A stretch of 64,000 nt of DNA from Myxococcota bacterium. Its GTDB lineage: Bacteria > Myxococcota_A > Polyangia > Nannocystales > Nannocystaceae. How positions within the stretch are numbered: position 1 is the stretch's first letter; each line of letters begins with the position of its first letter. The DNA lies in the NCBI GenBank assembly GCA_039194325.1, contig JBCCWC010000008.1, positions 32,001 through 96,000 on the forward strand. Reading direction: 5' to 3'. Shown in pieces: positions 40,022-49,287 of the stretch. The position numbers and the translations under genes were made by a program. The notes below the pieces were generated by a model, which did no database searches, was not told the origin of the DNA, and saw only the letters and a program-made list of their open reading frames with translations.

Positions 40022-41362
40022 TCAGCCGCCGACGGCGGCGGAGACCTCGACGGCGGCGGAGACCGAGGCGGTCAGGTCGGCGATCGACGAGGTCATGACG
40101 TCGGCCGCGATCGGCAGCTCCTGGAGGGCACAGGCGGCCCCGATCGAGGCTCGGATGTTGGCGTCGGCCTCCAGATCGGCGGCCGCGTCGGTCACCGCCG
40201 TGCCAGCGGCATCGATGAGTCCCTGGCCAGACTCGAGCAGCAGGTCGCCCTGGGCTCGCGCGGCGAGCAAGGCTGAGAAGTGGCCGCGGAAGCCGTTGAT
40301 CCAGGCGCGGAACTCGGCCTGCGCGGTGACGTCGCCCTCGAGCTCGGCGCTCCACTCCCAGGTGATCGCTACGGTGGGCGGGGTGCACTCGACGCTGGCA
40401 GAGGCCTTGGCCTCGACGCTGGCCTCACACTCGGCGCTGACCGAGGGCGGCTCGGCGCTGCCTTCACAGCCCGCTTCGCACTGGACCGAGCCACCAGCCT
40501 CGGCCTCGCAGCGGGCCTGGGCCCCGGCCTCGCAGCCGACCTCGGGATTGCCGGTCACCTCGCAGGAGCCCTCGCACATGCCATCGCACGAGGCGGCCAC
40601 GTCGAGCTCGCACGAGCCAGTACACATGCCCCCTTCACAGCGACCATTGCAGCTGCCATCGGCGTTTTGCACCGAGCAGGTCCCCGTGCAGCCTCCCTTG
40701 CAGGTGCCCTCGCACGCGACCCCGCCTTCGGCAGAGCAGGTGCCCTGGCACATCCCGCTACACTCGACGCTGGGCGCTTGCGCGGTGCAGCGCAGCTCGG
40801 CCGAGGCTCCGCAGTCCACGGCCACTCCGGCCTCGACCTCGCACGAGCCTTCACAGGCAAAGCTGACCTCGCCAGGGTCGACCTCGGCGTCGCACTCGGC
40901 CGAGGCCGCGGCCATCACCTCGACCGAGGCCTCGCAGCGTGCGGGCTCGGCCTGAACACGGAGGCCTCCGCTCACCGCGCCCGCGATGCGCCCTTCGATC
41001 GCGGCCCGAATGTCTGCCCCCGCCGCCCCAGGCTCTAGACCCACGGAGACCGCAATTGCGTCGAGCTCGGCGCGGATCGTGCCCTGGACCTGGCCGACCT
41101 TGGCGTTGACGTCGATGACCGCACCAAAGAAGGAGTCGATCGAGGCAATTCCCGAGACGCTGGCGTTGCCCTCGAGCACGCCCCCGGCCTCGCAATTGAT
41201 GTCGAGACCGCATTGCTCGGCGATCCGGTCGGCGGCCCCGCCTTCCTGGCAGCCCTGGAGGGCTCCGGCTCCCGCTCCGACGAGCAGGCCCAGCCCCAGG
41301 GTGGCGGCGGAGATCCGAGGAAAGAACGAAGGGGTACGGGAGGACGATTGCTGGTGCCGCAT
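40022..41362 (-). CDS. Cys-rich repeat lipoprotein (CxGxC repeats)
   Basis: Lipobox LQGC; CEGSC/CSGMCQGTC/CEGTCKGGCTGTC repeats. Confidence 0.8.
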   Translation of the reverse strand: MRHQQSSSRTPSFFPRISAATLGLGLLVGAGAGALQGCQEGGAADRIAEQCGLDINCEAGGVLEGNASVSGIASIDSFFGAVIDVNAKVGQVQGTIRAELDAIAVSVGLEPGAAGADIRAAIEGRIAGAVSGGLRVQAEPARCEASVEVMAAASAECDAEVDPGEVSFACEGSCEVEAGVAVDCGASAELRCTAQAPSVECSGMCQGTCSAEGGVACEGTCKGGCTGTCSVQNADGSCNGRCEGGMCTGSCELDVAASCDGMCEGSCEVTGNPEVGCEAGAQARCEAEAGGSVQCEAGCEGSAEPPSVSAECEASVEAKASASVECTPPTVAITWEWSAELEGDVTAQAEFRAWINGFRGHFSALLAARAQGDLLLESGQGLIDAAGTAVTDAAADLEADANIRASIGAACALQELPIAADVMTSSIADLTASVSAAVEVSAAVGG

Positions 41363-41606
41363 GGTCGGGCTTCACCGTGGCACGCCAACCACGGAGCAAA
41401 CCAGGATGAATGTGATCGGTAGATCATGGAGCATGAGATCCGGATCACATGACCGATGAGCTCGACTCGCATCGACGGTTCGCTTCGAACCGATCGCGCG
41501 ACCGGTTCGTTCTCGCCACGATTTGTTCGATCGTCGTCGATCGGTGCTCGATCATCCCGCGACGACTAGCCGGCCGGACGAGTCCAGGGTAGCGTGACCC
41601 TGCGCG

Positions 41607-42390
41607 ATGGCGATCGTGCTCCAGCTCTCCGACCCCCACCTGCTCCAGGATCCCGACGCGCGCCTGCGAGGGGTCCCCACGCGGCAGACCCCTGGGCGAT
41701 GTGCTGGAGCTGGCCCGCGAGCGCCTGCCCGCGATCGATCGCGTGGTGCTGACCGGTGATCTGGCCCACGACGAGCATCCCACCACCTATGTGGCGCTGC
41801 GCTCGTTGCTGGGTCGTGATGGAGACAACGCGCTGGCCCTGCCGGGCAACCATGACGACCGGGCGGCGCTACGCGCCGCGTTCCCTTCGATCCCGGGCGA
41901 CGGGGCGGCTTCGGTCCGGTTCGTCACGCAGCTCGAAGGTTGGTGCCTGCTCGGGCTCGACTCGCAGATCACCGGCGAGAACACGGGGCGGATCGGTGCG
42001 CCTCAGCTCGCCTGGCTCCGCGACATGTTGGCCGCCCACGCGGACCGACCCACCGTGGTGTTCGTCCATCACGCACCGATCGCCACCGGGCATCCCTACA
42101 TGGACAGCATGGGGTTGCTCGACGCCGAGGCGCTGGCCGAGGTCCTGGCGGAGGCTCCGCAGGTGCGCGCGCTGTGCAACGGACACATCCACCGCGACCT
42201 CGAGGGCACGCTGGGCGCGGTACCGGTCTACGGGGCCCCCTCGACCGCGTTCCAGTTCCCGGCATGCCCGGACGAGGGCGACTTCGATCTTCGACCCCCG
42301 GGGTGTCGCGTGCTGCACCTTTCGCCCGACGGCCTACGCACGCAGGTGCTGCGACTACCGCTGCTGGAGTACGTGCCCCACCGCAGCTGA
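41607..42390 (+). pseudogene. cpdA: CpdA/Icc-like cyclic nucleotide phosphodiesterase with a +1 frameshift (pseudogene or sequence error)
   Basis: ATG 41607 frame gives MAIVLQLSDPHL. The remaining motifs (TGDLAHD, PGNHD, LDS, HH.P, GHIH, PSTAFQF) are in the next frame. Removing one C from CCCC at 41689-41692 joins them. Confidence 0.75.
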
Positions 42391-42588
42391 GCCCCCAGCG
42401 AGCACGAACGAACTGCCGTGCAGACCCCCGGGCATGGAGTACGCCTCGAATGGCAAGTCGTTCGAGCCAACGGCTTCAACCGTTCCGTTCCTTGTCACGA
42501 GGTGACGCGCGGATACGAACTCGGCGGGCACCTTCACCCGCAGTTCGCCACGACTAGCGGCGAGGGGCTCGGGTACGATGGACGCCTT

Positions 42589-43089
42589 ATGAGCCGCCGT
42601 CCGACGATGCCCGACCCCCGCTCCTGGCTCGGCCGAGCCCTGCTGCTCACCACGCTCGCCCTGCCGCCGCTGGCGTGCCGCGACGAGCCGGACATCCCCG
42701 ACTGCGAGGAGGACCAGGCGTCCGAGATCTGCGAGGTCTTCCGCCTGGTGAACACCGAGCGAGCCGACGCGGATCTCCCCGCTCAGGCGTGGGATCGGGA
42801 GCTGGCCGTAGCCGCGCAGCTCCACGCCGAGGACATGGTCGACAACGACTACTTCGATCACACGTCGCTCGACGGTCGCTCGTTCTCCGATCGAGCGCAG
42901 GACGCGGGCTACGAGGGATTTCCCCGCGGGGAGAACATCGCGGCCGGGCAGCAGACCCCCCAGCAGGTGATGGAGGCCTGGATGGGCTCGACCGGCCACC
43001 GCCAGAATATCTTGTCGGATGCCGACGAGATCGGGGTCGGGTTCGCGAACAACCACTGGGTGCAGGTGTTCGGACAGGGAGCCCCCTGA
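42589..43089 (+). CDS. CAP/SCP domain lipoprotein
   Basis: VNTERA, AAQLHAEDM..YFDH, GENIAAG, WMGSTGHRQNIL, IGVG..WVQVFG. Confidence 0.9.
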   Translation: MSRRPTMPDPRSWLGRALLLTTLALPPLACRDEPDIPDCEEDQASEICEVFRLVNTERADADLPAQAWDRELAVAAQLHAEDMVDNDYFDHTSLDGRSFSDRAQDAGYEGFPRGENIAAGQQTPQQVMEAWMGSTGHRQNILSDADEIGVGFANNHWVQVFGQGAP

Positions 43090-43264
43090 CGACACCGACC
43101 TCCTGAGACTCCGCGGAGTGCGCATGCCCCCGAGTCCTTGGATCTCGGGCAGTTGGCGGCCACCTCGACCTGCCTCACAAAATTCGATCGCACCTAGATC
43201 GGAGCCCCACGCAGCCCGTTGACACCCGGCGTCTCGCCGACCCTCCACCAGCAACGGACCCACG

Positions 43265-45076
43265 ATGACTCGCACCACGATCACCTCGCTTCTCCCGGCC
43301 ACCGCCCTGTGGCTCACCGCCGCCTCTGCCTGTGATCGAGCCGACGAGGCTCCAGCGGTGGACGCTCCCAAGACGGTAGCCTTCGCCGACCCTTCGGCCG
43401 CGACGACCCCCACCGACGATCGGGGCCATCGAGGAGACACCAAGGCGGAGTACAAGCGCAGCCTGAGCCTGGCAGACGAAGAAGAAGCCCCGATGGCCGC
43501 GCCCGCCCAGCCCGCTCCTTCGCGCAAGCGAGCCTCTCGGCGCCGCGGCGGCAAGCGTAGCTCGGGTGCCCGCCCAAGGCTCCAGCGCGTGGCGCCCCAG
43601 GGGATCGGGACCAAGGGCAAGCCAGGAGCCCTGCCCCCGGCCCCCGAGGCGAGCGCCGAGGCCTACGATCACATCGCCGAGAACGACTTCGTGGCGGTGG
43701 CCGACGATCCCCGCTCTACGTTTTCGATCGATGTGGACACCGCCTCGTACAGCAACATGCGGCGCTTCCTCAGCGACGGCACGATGCCCCCGCCCGACTC
43801 GGTGCGGATCGAGGAGATGATCAACTACTTCTCGTACGACTACCGCAGCCCGGCCGGCGGCGACCCCTTCTCGATGACGGCCGAGGTCGGCACGTGCCCC
43901 TGGAACGAGACCCACCGCCTGGTCCACGTGGGGCTGCAGGGCAAGATCATCGACCAGAGCGAGGTCCCAGCCCGCAACCTGGTGTTCCTGTTCGACGTGT
44001 CGGGCTCGATGAACAACGCCGACAAGCTGCCGCTGCTCAAGCGGGCCTTCTCGCTGCTGGCCGACAACCTCCGCCCCAAGGACAAGGTCTCCATCGTGGT
44101 CTATGCCGGAGCCTCGGGCGTGGTGCTGCCGCCCACCTCGGGCACCGACAAGGGGGAGATCCTGGCCGCGCTCGACCGGCTCGAGGCCGGAGGCTCCACC
44201 AACGGCGGCGCGGGGATCCACTCCGCCTACGCCATGGCTCAAAAGGGCTTCATCCAGGGAGGCATCAACCGGGTGATCCTGGCCACCGACGGCGACTTCA
44301 ACGTGGGCACCACCTCCGAGGGGGATCTGGTCCGGCTGATCGAGGACAAGCGCAAGTCGGGGGTGTTCTTGTCGGTGCTCGGCTTCGGCAGCGGCAACCT
44401 CAAAGACTCCACCATGGAGAAGCTGGCCGACAAGGGCAACGGCAACTATGCCTACATCGACAGCATCGCCGAGGCCCGCAAGGTCTTGGTGGAGGAGGCG
44501 GGGGCCACCCTGGTCACCATCGCCAAGGACGTGAAGATCCAGGTGGAGTTCAACCCGGCCGAGGTGGCGAGCTTCCGCCTCGTCGGCTACGAGAACCGCA
44601 AGCTCGCCCACTCGGACTTCAACGACGACACCAAGGACGCAGGCGAGATCGGAGCGGGCCACAGCGTGACTGCGCTCTACGAGGTGGTGCCGGTGGGCGC
44701 TCCCGGGGCCCCCAAGGTCGACGCGCTCAAGTACCAAGGGCGATCCAAGCTGTCGGCCGCGGCCAGCAGCGGCGAGCTGATGACCGTGAAGATCCGCTAC
44801 AAGGAACCGGAGGGCAGCACGAGCCGACTGCTGAGCTTCCCGATCGACGATGCGGATCGCTCGCTGGCCGACACCAGCCGCGACTTCCGGTTCTCGGCCG
44901 CCGTGGCCGGCTTCGGGATGCTGCTGCGTGGCTCCGCCCACAAGGGGGACGCGACATGGACGAGCATCCGCGCCCTGGCCGAGCAGGCCAAGGGATCGGA
45001 TCCCCACGGTCGCCGCGACGAGTTGGTCCGCCTGATCGACAAGGCCACGTCGCTCTCGGGCCGCAGCGAGCGCTAG
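43265..45076 (+). CDS. YfbK-like von Willebrand factor A domain lipoprotein
   Basis: STFSIDVDTASY, VRIEEMINYF.Y, MIDAS DVSGSM, ATDGDFNVG, IAKDVKIQVEFNP, GYENR, DAGEIGAGH. Confidence 0.9.
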   Translation: MTRTTITSLLPATALWLTAASACDRADEAPAVDAPKTVAFADPSAATTPTDDRGHRGDTKAEYKRSLSLADEEEAPMAAPAQPAPSRKRASRRRGGKRSSGARPRLQRVAPQGIGTKGKPGALPPAPEASAEAYDHIAENDFVAVADDPRSTFSIDVDTASYSNMRRFLSDGTMPPPDSVRIEEMINYFSYDYRSPAGGDPFSMTAEVGTCPWNETHRLVHVGLQGKIIDQSEVPARNLVFLFDVSGSMNNADKLPLLKRAFSLLADNLRPKDKVSIVVYAGASGVVLPPTSGTDKGEILAALDRLEAGGSTNGGAGIHSAYAMAQKGFIQGGINRVILATDGDFNVGTTSEGDLVRLIEDKRKSGVFLSVLGFGSGNLKDSTMEKLADKGNGNYAYIDSIAEARKVLVEEAGATLVTIAKDVKIQVEFNPAEVASFRLVGYENRKLAHSDFNDDTKDAGEIGAGHSVTALYEVVPVGAPGAPKVDALKYQGRSKLSAAASSGELMTVKIRYKEPEGSTSRLLSFPIDDADRSLADTSRDFRFSAAVAGFGMLLRGSAHKGDATWTSIRALAEQAKGSDPHGRRDELVRLIDKATSLSGRSER

Positions 45077-45222
45077 CGCTGAGCGAGGCGCCACACACGA
45101 GACTTCATGAGGTCCGGTGCCTGCCTACGGGAGGGCAGGCTGGTCCGAGCGGCCCCACCGAGGGCCGCATCGCTGGCCCCCGCGCGAGAGCGCGGGGGCA
45201 TTTTTGTCGTAGGGCGCACGCC

Positions 45223-45477
45223 CTACGGCCAGCGGCGATCGGCCAATAAGCGGCGGATCAAGGACTGGAGCGCGGCGACATCGAGCGACTTGATCCAGAT
45301 CCGTCGCGGCTCGGTGATCATGATCCCGAGCTGATTACAGACGAGCTCGATGGCCTGCCTCAGGCCCTCTCGTTGGCCCTGTTTGCGGCCCTCCTCGCGG
45401 CTGGCGATCTCGGCAAGCTTGGGTTTGTTGGGCCGGCCGAGCCCAGAGGACGAGCCGGAGTCCGGCGGTGCGAGCAT
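45223..45477 (-). CDS. Small protein or fragment resembling the C-terminal tail of Rpn/Uma2-type PD-(D/E)xK proteins
   Basis: REEGRKQGQREGLRQAIELVCNQLGI..LDVAALQSL..RRWP. Confidence 0.5.
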   Translation of the reverse strand: MLAPPDSGSSSGLGRPNKPKLAEIASREEGRKQGQREGLRQAIELVCNQLGIMITEPRRIWIKSLDVAALQSLIRRLLADRRWP

Positions 45478-45530
45478 TCGATGGCCGCGAGGAGGCTTGG
45501 CGTTCACGGTCGCGCAATCATAGCGCATGC

Positions 45531-46466
45531 TCATCGCCCTCGACGCCGCCGGCCGGGGGGCCCCTTGGTCGGCCGGGCCCGTAGGTGCTCTTCGAGGAAA
45601 TCGGCGAAGGCCCGGACCTTGAGCGGCAGGTAGCTGCGCGAGGGATAGAGCAACCAGATCGCGGGCTGGAAATCGGTGGCGGTGACCTCGTAGGTGGTCA
45701 GCAACTCGACGAGCTCGCCTCGGTCGATCTCCTCGGCCACCGCCCATCGGGGCAGCAGCGCCACACCGAGCCCCTGCACGGCACACCGCTGGATCGCCAA
45801 CGCATGATTGAGCACGCAGCGCCCCCGCACCTGGACCTCGACGATCTCCTCCCGGCGACGAAACCGCCACTGGGAGCGCAGGCCGCCCATCGAAAAGAGC
45901 AGGCACTCGTGTCCCTGCAGATCGACGGGACGCCGCGGGCGACCGTGTCGCTGCAGATAGCGGGGCGCCGCGCACACGGCGAAGTCGAAGCCGTCGAGCC
46001 GCCGCGCGACCAGATCGGAGTCGGACAGGCGACCCAGGCGCAGCGCCACGTCGACCCGCTCGGCGACCAGATCGACCATGGCGTCGGTGAGCACCAGCTC
46101 TACGTGGAGCTGGGGGTGACGCTCGAGCAGCGCCGGCAAAAGGGGCAGCAGCACGCGCTGGGCGAAGCTCATCGGTGCGGTCGCCCGCAGCGTCCCGCGG
46201 GGCGCCTCCCCCACATCGACCGCCTGCTGGTGGGCGCGCGACAGCTCGTCCACCAAGGGCTCGACCCGCTCGTAGTAGAGGCTCCCGGCCTCGGTCGGCG
46301 CCAGGCGCCGGGTGGTGCGCTGGAACAGCCGCAGGCCGAGCTCCGCCTCGAGGCCCGCGATCGCCCGCGAGATGGAGGACGGGGCCACGTCGCGGTCGCG
46401 GGCCACGGCCGCGAAGCTCCCCCGCCGCATTACGTCGATGAAGGTCCCCAGGGTCTCGATGTCCAC
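45531..46466 (-). CDS. LysR-family transcriptional regulator
   Basis: GSFAAVAR..SSISRAIAGLEAELGLRLFQRTTR, PRGTLR, VDVALR, PLKVRAFADFL; divergent from the oxidoreductase. Confidence 0.92.
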   Translation of the reverse strand: MDIETLGTFIDVMRRGSFAAVARDRDVAPSSISRAIAGLEAELGLRLFQRTTRRLAPTEAGSLYYERVEPLVDELSRAHQQAVDVGEAPRGTLRATAPMSFAQRVLLPLLPALLERHPQLHVELVLTDAMVDLVAERVDVALRLGRLSDSDLVARRLDGFDFAVCAAPRYLQRHGRPRRPVDLQGHECLLFSMGGLRSQWRFRRREEIVEVQVRGRCVLNHALAIQRCAVQGLGVALLPRWAVAEEIDRGELVELLTTYEVTATDFQPAIWLLYPSRSYLPLKVRAFADFLEEHLRARPTKGPPGRRRRGR

Positions 46467-46573
46467 GAGAAGCACGATACGTGCGTTTTTCGCACGAATC
46501 AATTGCGATTGATGCGGTTTCGACATCAAGCGGAGTCCCTTAGGTTGCTAGAGAGGACGACGCAAAGGACCAC

Positions 46574-46612
46574 AGACCATGCACGAGACCATGCACGAGA
46601 CCATGCACGAGA
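46574..46612. repeat. 12-bp tandem repeat (AGACCATGCACG x3) triplicating the start codon
   Basis: Gives MHETMHETMHE. Confidence 0.9.
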
Positions 46613-47466
46613 TCGCAATCATCGGACTGGGAGCGATGGGCTCCCGCATGGCCCAACGACTGCGAGCGGCGGAGCACCCGGTGGTGGTGTGCAGCCGGCG
46701 ACGCGAGTCGGCCAAGGCGCTCGAGTCGGCGGGGGCCACCTGGGTGCACACACCTCGGGAGGCTGCCCGGCGGGCCTCGATCGTGATCTCGATGGTCACC
46801 GACGACGAGGCGTCGCGCGCGGTCTGGCTGGACGAGGCCAACGGGGCGCTGGCCGGCCTGCGCAAGGGGTCGATCGCGGTCGAGTCCAGCACGCTGACCT
46901 CGGGCCACGTGCGGACGCTGGCCAACGCGGTGTCCGAGCGGGGCGCGGCCTTCGTGGAGGCGCCAGTGATCGGCTCGCGTCCCCAGGCCGAGGCGGGCCA
47001 GCTGATCTACTTGGTGGGCGGCGAGCCCGAGGTCGTCGAGCGCGTCGAGCCGGTGCTGCGGGCGATGGGGGCCACGCTGCACCGCACCGGGCCAGTGGGG
47101 AGCGCGATGGCCATCAAGCTGGCGGTCAACACCCTGTTCGCGGCCCAGATCGCGGCGTGGGCAGAGGTCATCGGGGTGCTGGACCGCGCGGGGATCGAGG
47201 CGGCGGCGGCGGCCGAGCTGCTGGCCAACACCCCGGTGGCCAGTCCGGCGCTCCGCGGGGCGGCACCCACGATCGTGGCCCGACGCTTCGCGCCGATGTT
47301 TCCGATCGATCTAGTCCACAAGGATCTGCGCTACTTCGTGCAAGCCGCCGCCGAGGTCGGCGCCCGGGTGCCCAACACCACCACGCTCCGCGAGTCCTAC
47401 GCCCAGGCCCAGCGCGAGGGCTACGGGGGCGAGAACATCACGGGCGTCGCTCGAGTGCTCGGCTAG
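46579..47466 (+). CDS. 3-hydroxyisobutyrate dehydrogenase-family NAD(P)-dependent oxidoreductase
   Basis: IGLGAMGSRMA, EAPVIGS, VGG, KLAVN, KDLRY. Confidence 0.9.
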   Translation: MHETMHETMHEIAIIGLGAMGSRMAQRLRAAEHPVVVCSRRRESAKALESAGATWVHTPREAARRASIVISMVTDDEASRAVWLDEANGALAGLRKGSIAVESSTLTSGHVRTLANAVSERGAAFVEAPVIGSRPQAEAGQLIYLVGGEPEVVERVEPVLRAMGATLHRTGPVGSAMAIKLAVNTLFAAQIAAWAEVIGVLDRAGIEAAAAAELLANTPVASPALRGAAPTIVARRFAPMFPIDLVHKDLRYFVQAAAEVGARVPNTTTLRESYAQAQREGYGGENITGVARVLG

Positions 47467-47546
47467 CGGGCGGCAGGCCCGGACCGGCTCATGCATGGTC
47501 GCCCATACGGCGAGGGCGCTCTACCAGCGTGATAGTCTGCGGCTCG

Positions 47547-48674
47547 ATGGCCAGGGGGAGCAACGCGACCAAGCGCTATATGCGACCACCGCCTCAGTAC
47601 GTGCACGGCTGGTTCTCGCCGCTCCGCTCGTGCGAGGTGGTCGCGGGCAAGATCACCAACTTCACCTTCATGGGCCACGAGCTCATCGCCTTCCGCGACC
47701 CAGCGGGCCAAGTGGCGGTGCTCGATGCTCAGTGCCCCCACTTCGGCGCCCCCCGTGGGGTGGGCGGCCGCGTGGTGGAGGGGTGCGTACGCTGCCCGTT
47801 CCACGGGCTGCACTTCGACCACAACGGGCAGTGCGTCAAGGGGGACTTCGTGGCGAACCCCCGCCACCTGCGGCACGTCAAGTCGACCCCCTGGACAGTG
47901 CGCGAGGTGGCATCGTCGATCTTCATCTGGCACGGGCTGGACCGGCAGCGCCCCGACCAACCGCTGCGCTTCGCCGAGCCGGGGTTCTTCGACGGCTGGA
48001 GCCCCCCGGTGACCAACGCCGGCCGGCGCCTGGCACCGACCAACATCTTCTTTCCCACCGAGAACATCATCGACATCCAGCACTTCTATGCGGTGCACTT
48101 TTGGTCGCTGCTGTCGATCGAGCAGCACCCAGCCGAAGTGGAGGACGGCAGCTTTGTCGCGGTGATGCGCATGCGGTGGACGGCAGGCGCCCAGAGCCCC
48201 CACGCGCTCATCCGCCGCCTGGGGCAGATCTACACGAGCGACTTTCACTTCGACATCCGGATCCTGGGGCCGGGCATGGCGCTGTCGATCTCCACGCTGA
48301 CCCCCGAGCAGGGCAGCCTGGAGCTGATGAACATCATCTTGATCACGCCGGTCAACCCCACCGACTGCCACATTCGGGTGGTGAGCTCGGTCCGGCAGAC
48401 GGTCGACAAGCCGGTCAATCGCTGGGCTCGACGCATGCTGGGGTTCGGCCTCGAAGAGGTGCTCTCGCGGGTGTTCTTGGCGATCGCGACCAAAGACTTC
48501 GACGGCGACGAGATGATCTGGACCCACCGCCGGTTCTTGGCCAACCCCAAGCCGCTCCCCGACGACGGACCGCTCATCGCCTACCGCAAGTGGTGCGAAC
48601 GCTTCTGGCCGCCCGACTACCTGCCCGATCCGCCGGCGCCGTCGCGTCAGGCGCCGCAGCCCGCGAAGGTCTAG
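47547..48674 (+). CDS. Rieske 2Fe-2S oxygenase (KshA/Neverland-like architecture)
   Basis: GWF, CPHFGA, CPFHG, mononuclear-Fe motif ENIIDIQHFYAVH, D..IW.H. Confidence 0.85.
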   Translation: MARGSNATKRYMRPPPQYVHGWFSPLRSCEVVAGKITNFTFMGHELIAFRDPAGQVAVLDAQCPHFGAPRGVGGRVVEGCVRCPFHGLHFDHNGQCVKGDFVANPRHLRHVKSTPWTVREVASSIFIWHGLDRQRPDQPLRFAEPGFFDGWSPPVTNAGRRLAPTNIFFPTENIIDIQHFYAVHFWSLLSIEQHPAEVEDGSFVAVMRMRWTAGAQSPHALIRRLGQIYTSDFHFDIRILGPGMALSISTLTPEQGSLELMNIILITPVNPTDCHIRVVSSVRQTVDKPVNRWARRMLGFGLEEVLSRVFLAIATKDFDGDEMIWTHRRFLANPKPLPDDGPLIAYRKWCERFWPPDYLPDPPAPSRQAPQPAKV

Positions 48675-48738
48675 CCGCCCCCAGATAGGGCCACAACGCG
48701 GATCTCATTCATCGTCGAGCCAGGGGCTCCAACGGGGC

Positions 48739-49203
48739 TCAGGGCTGCCAAAGTCCGTGCTCCACACCGCCCTGGATCACGATTGCGAACCAGCCGTGCT
48801 TGCCCTGCTGGGTTGGAGGATAGGCGATCGTGGCCCCGCGTTCCTCGGCCGCCTTGGCAGCCGCGTGGATGTCTTCGACCGTCACGTACGCCCGCACCAC
48901 GGGCTTTTCGTGGTCGGCCAGCGGTGCCCGGATCCCCACGAGGGTACCGTCGGTTTTCTTGGCGACCCGAGCCTGCCCCAGGTCGGGCTCGACTGGCCCA
49001 AAGGTCAGCCCATGCATGCGCTCGTACAGGGCGCACGCCGAATCGACGTCTTGTGTCACGATCTCGAGATACCCAACCGTCACTTCGTCCTCCTGCGGTG
49101 TGCGGTCGCCCGCTGCTTGCGGTGCGGTCGCGGCTCCGCAGCCCATGGTCGAGCCCAATGCACTCACCAAGACGAACGCGCCAAGCACTGCAACTCGCAC
49201 CAT
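48739..49203 (-). CDS. VOC/glyoxalase-family protein
   Basis: YLEIVTQDVD..YERMHG, YVTVEDIHAA..G, HGLWQ. Confidence 0.8.
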   Translation of the reverse strand: MVRVAVLGAFVLVSALGSTMGCGAATAPQAAGDRTPQEDEVTVGYLEIVTQDVDSACALYERMHGLTFGPVEPDLGQARVAKKTDGTLVGIRAPLADHEKPVVRAYVTVEDIHAAAKAAEERGATIAYPPTQQGKHGWFAIVIQGGVEHGLWQP

Positions 49204-49287
49204 GGATCGCCGGGCACTTTACTACGTCCGATGCCGACGACAAAAGGCCCGCTTGCACCGTGCTGGTGGAATAACGCGTCCCAGCGG

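Noticed and set aside
45585..47546. N-terminal ~650 aa of the 1029-aa ORF, suggesting a giant Rieske fusion
   Set aside because: It overlaps the LysR and oxidoreductase genes; only 47547-48674 has Rieske features.
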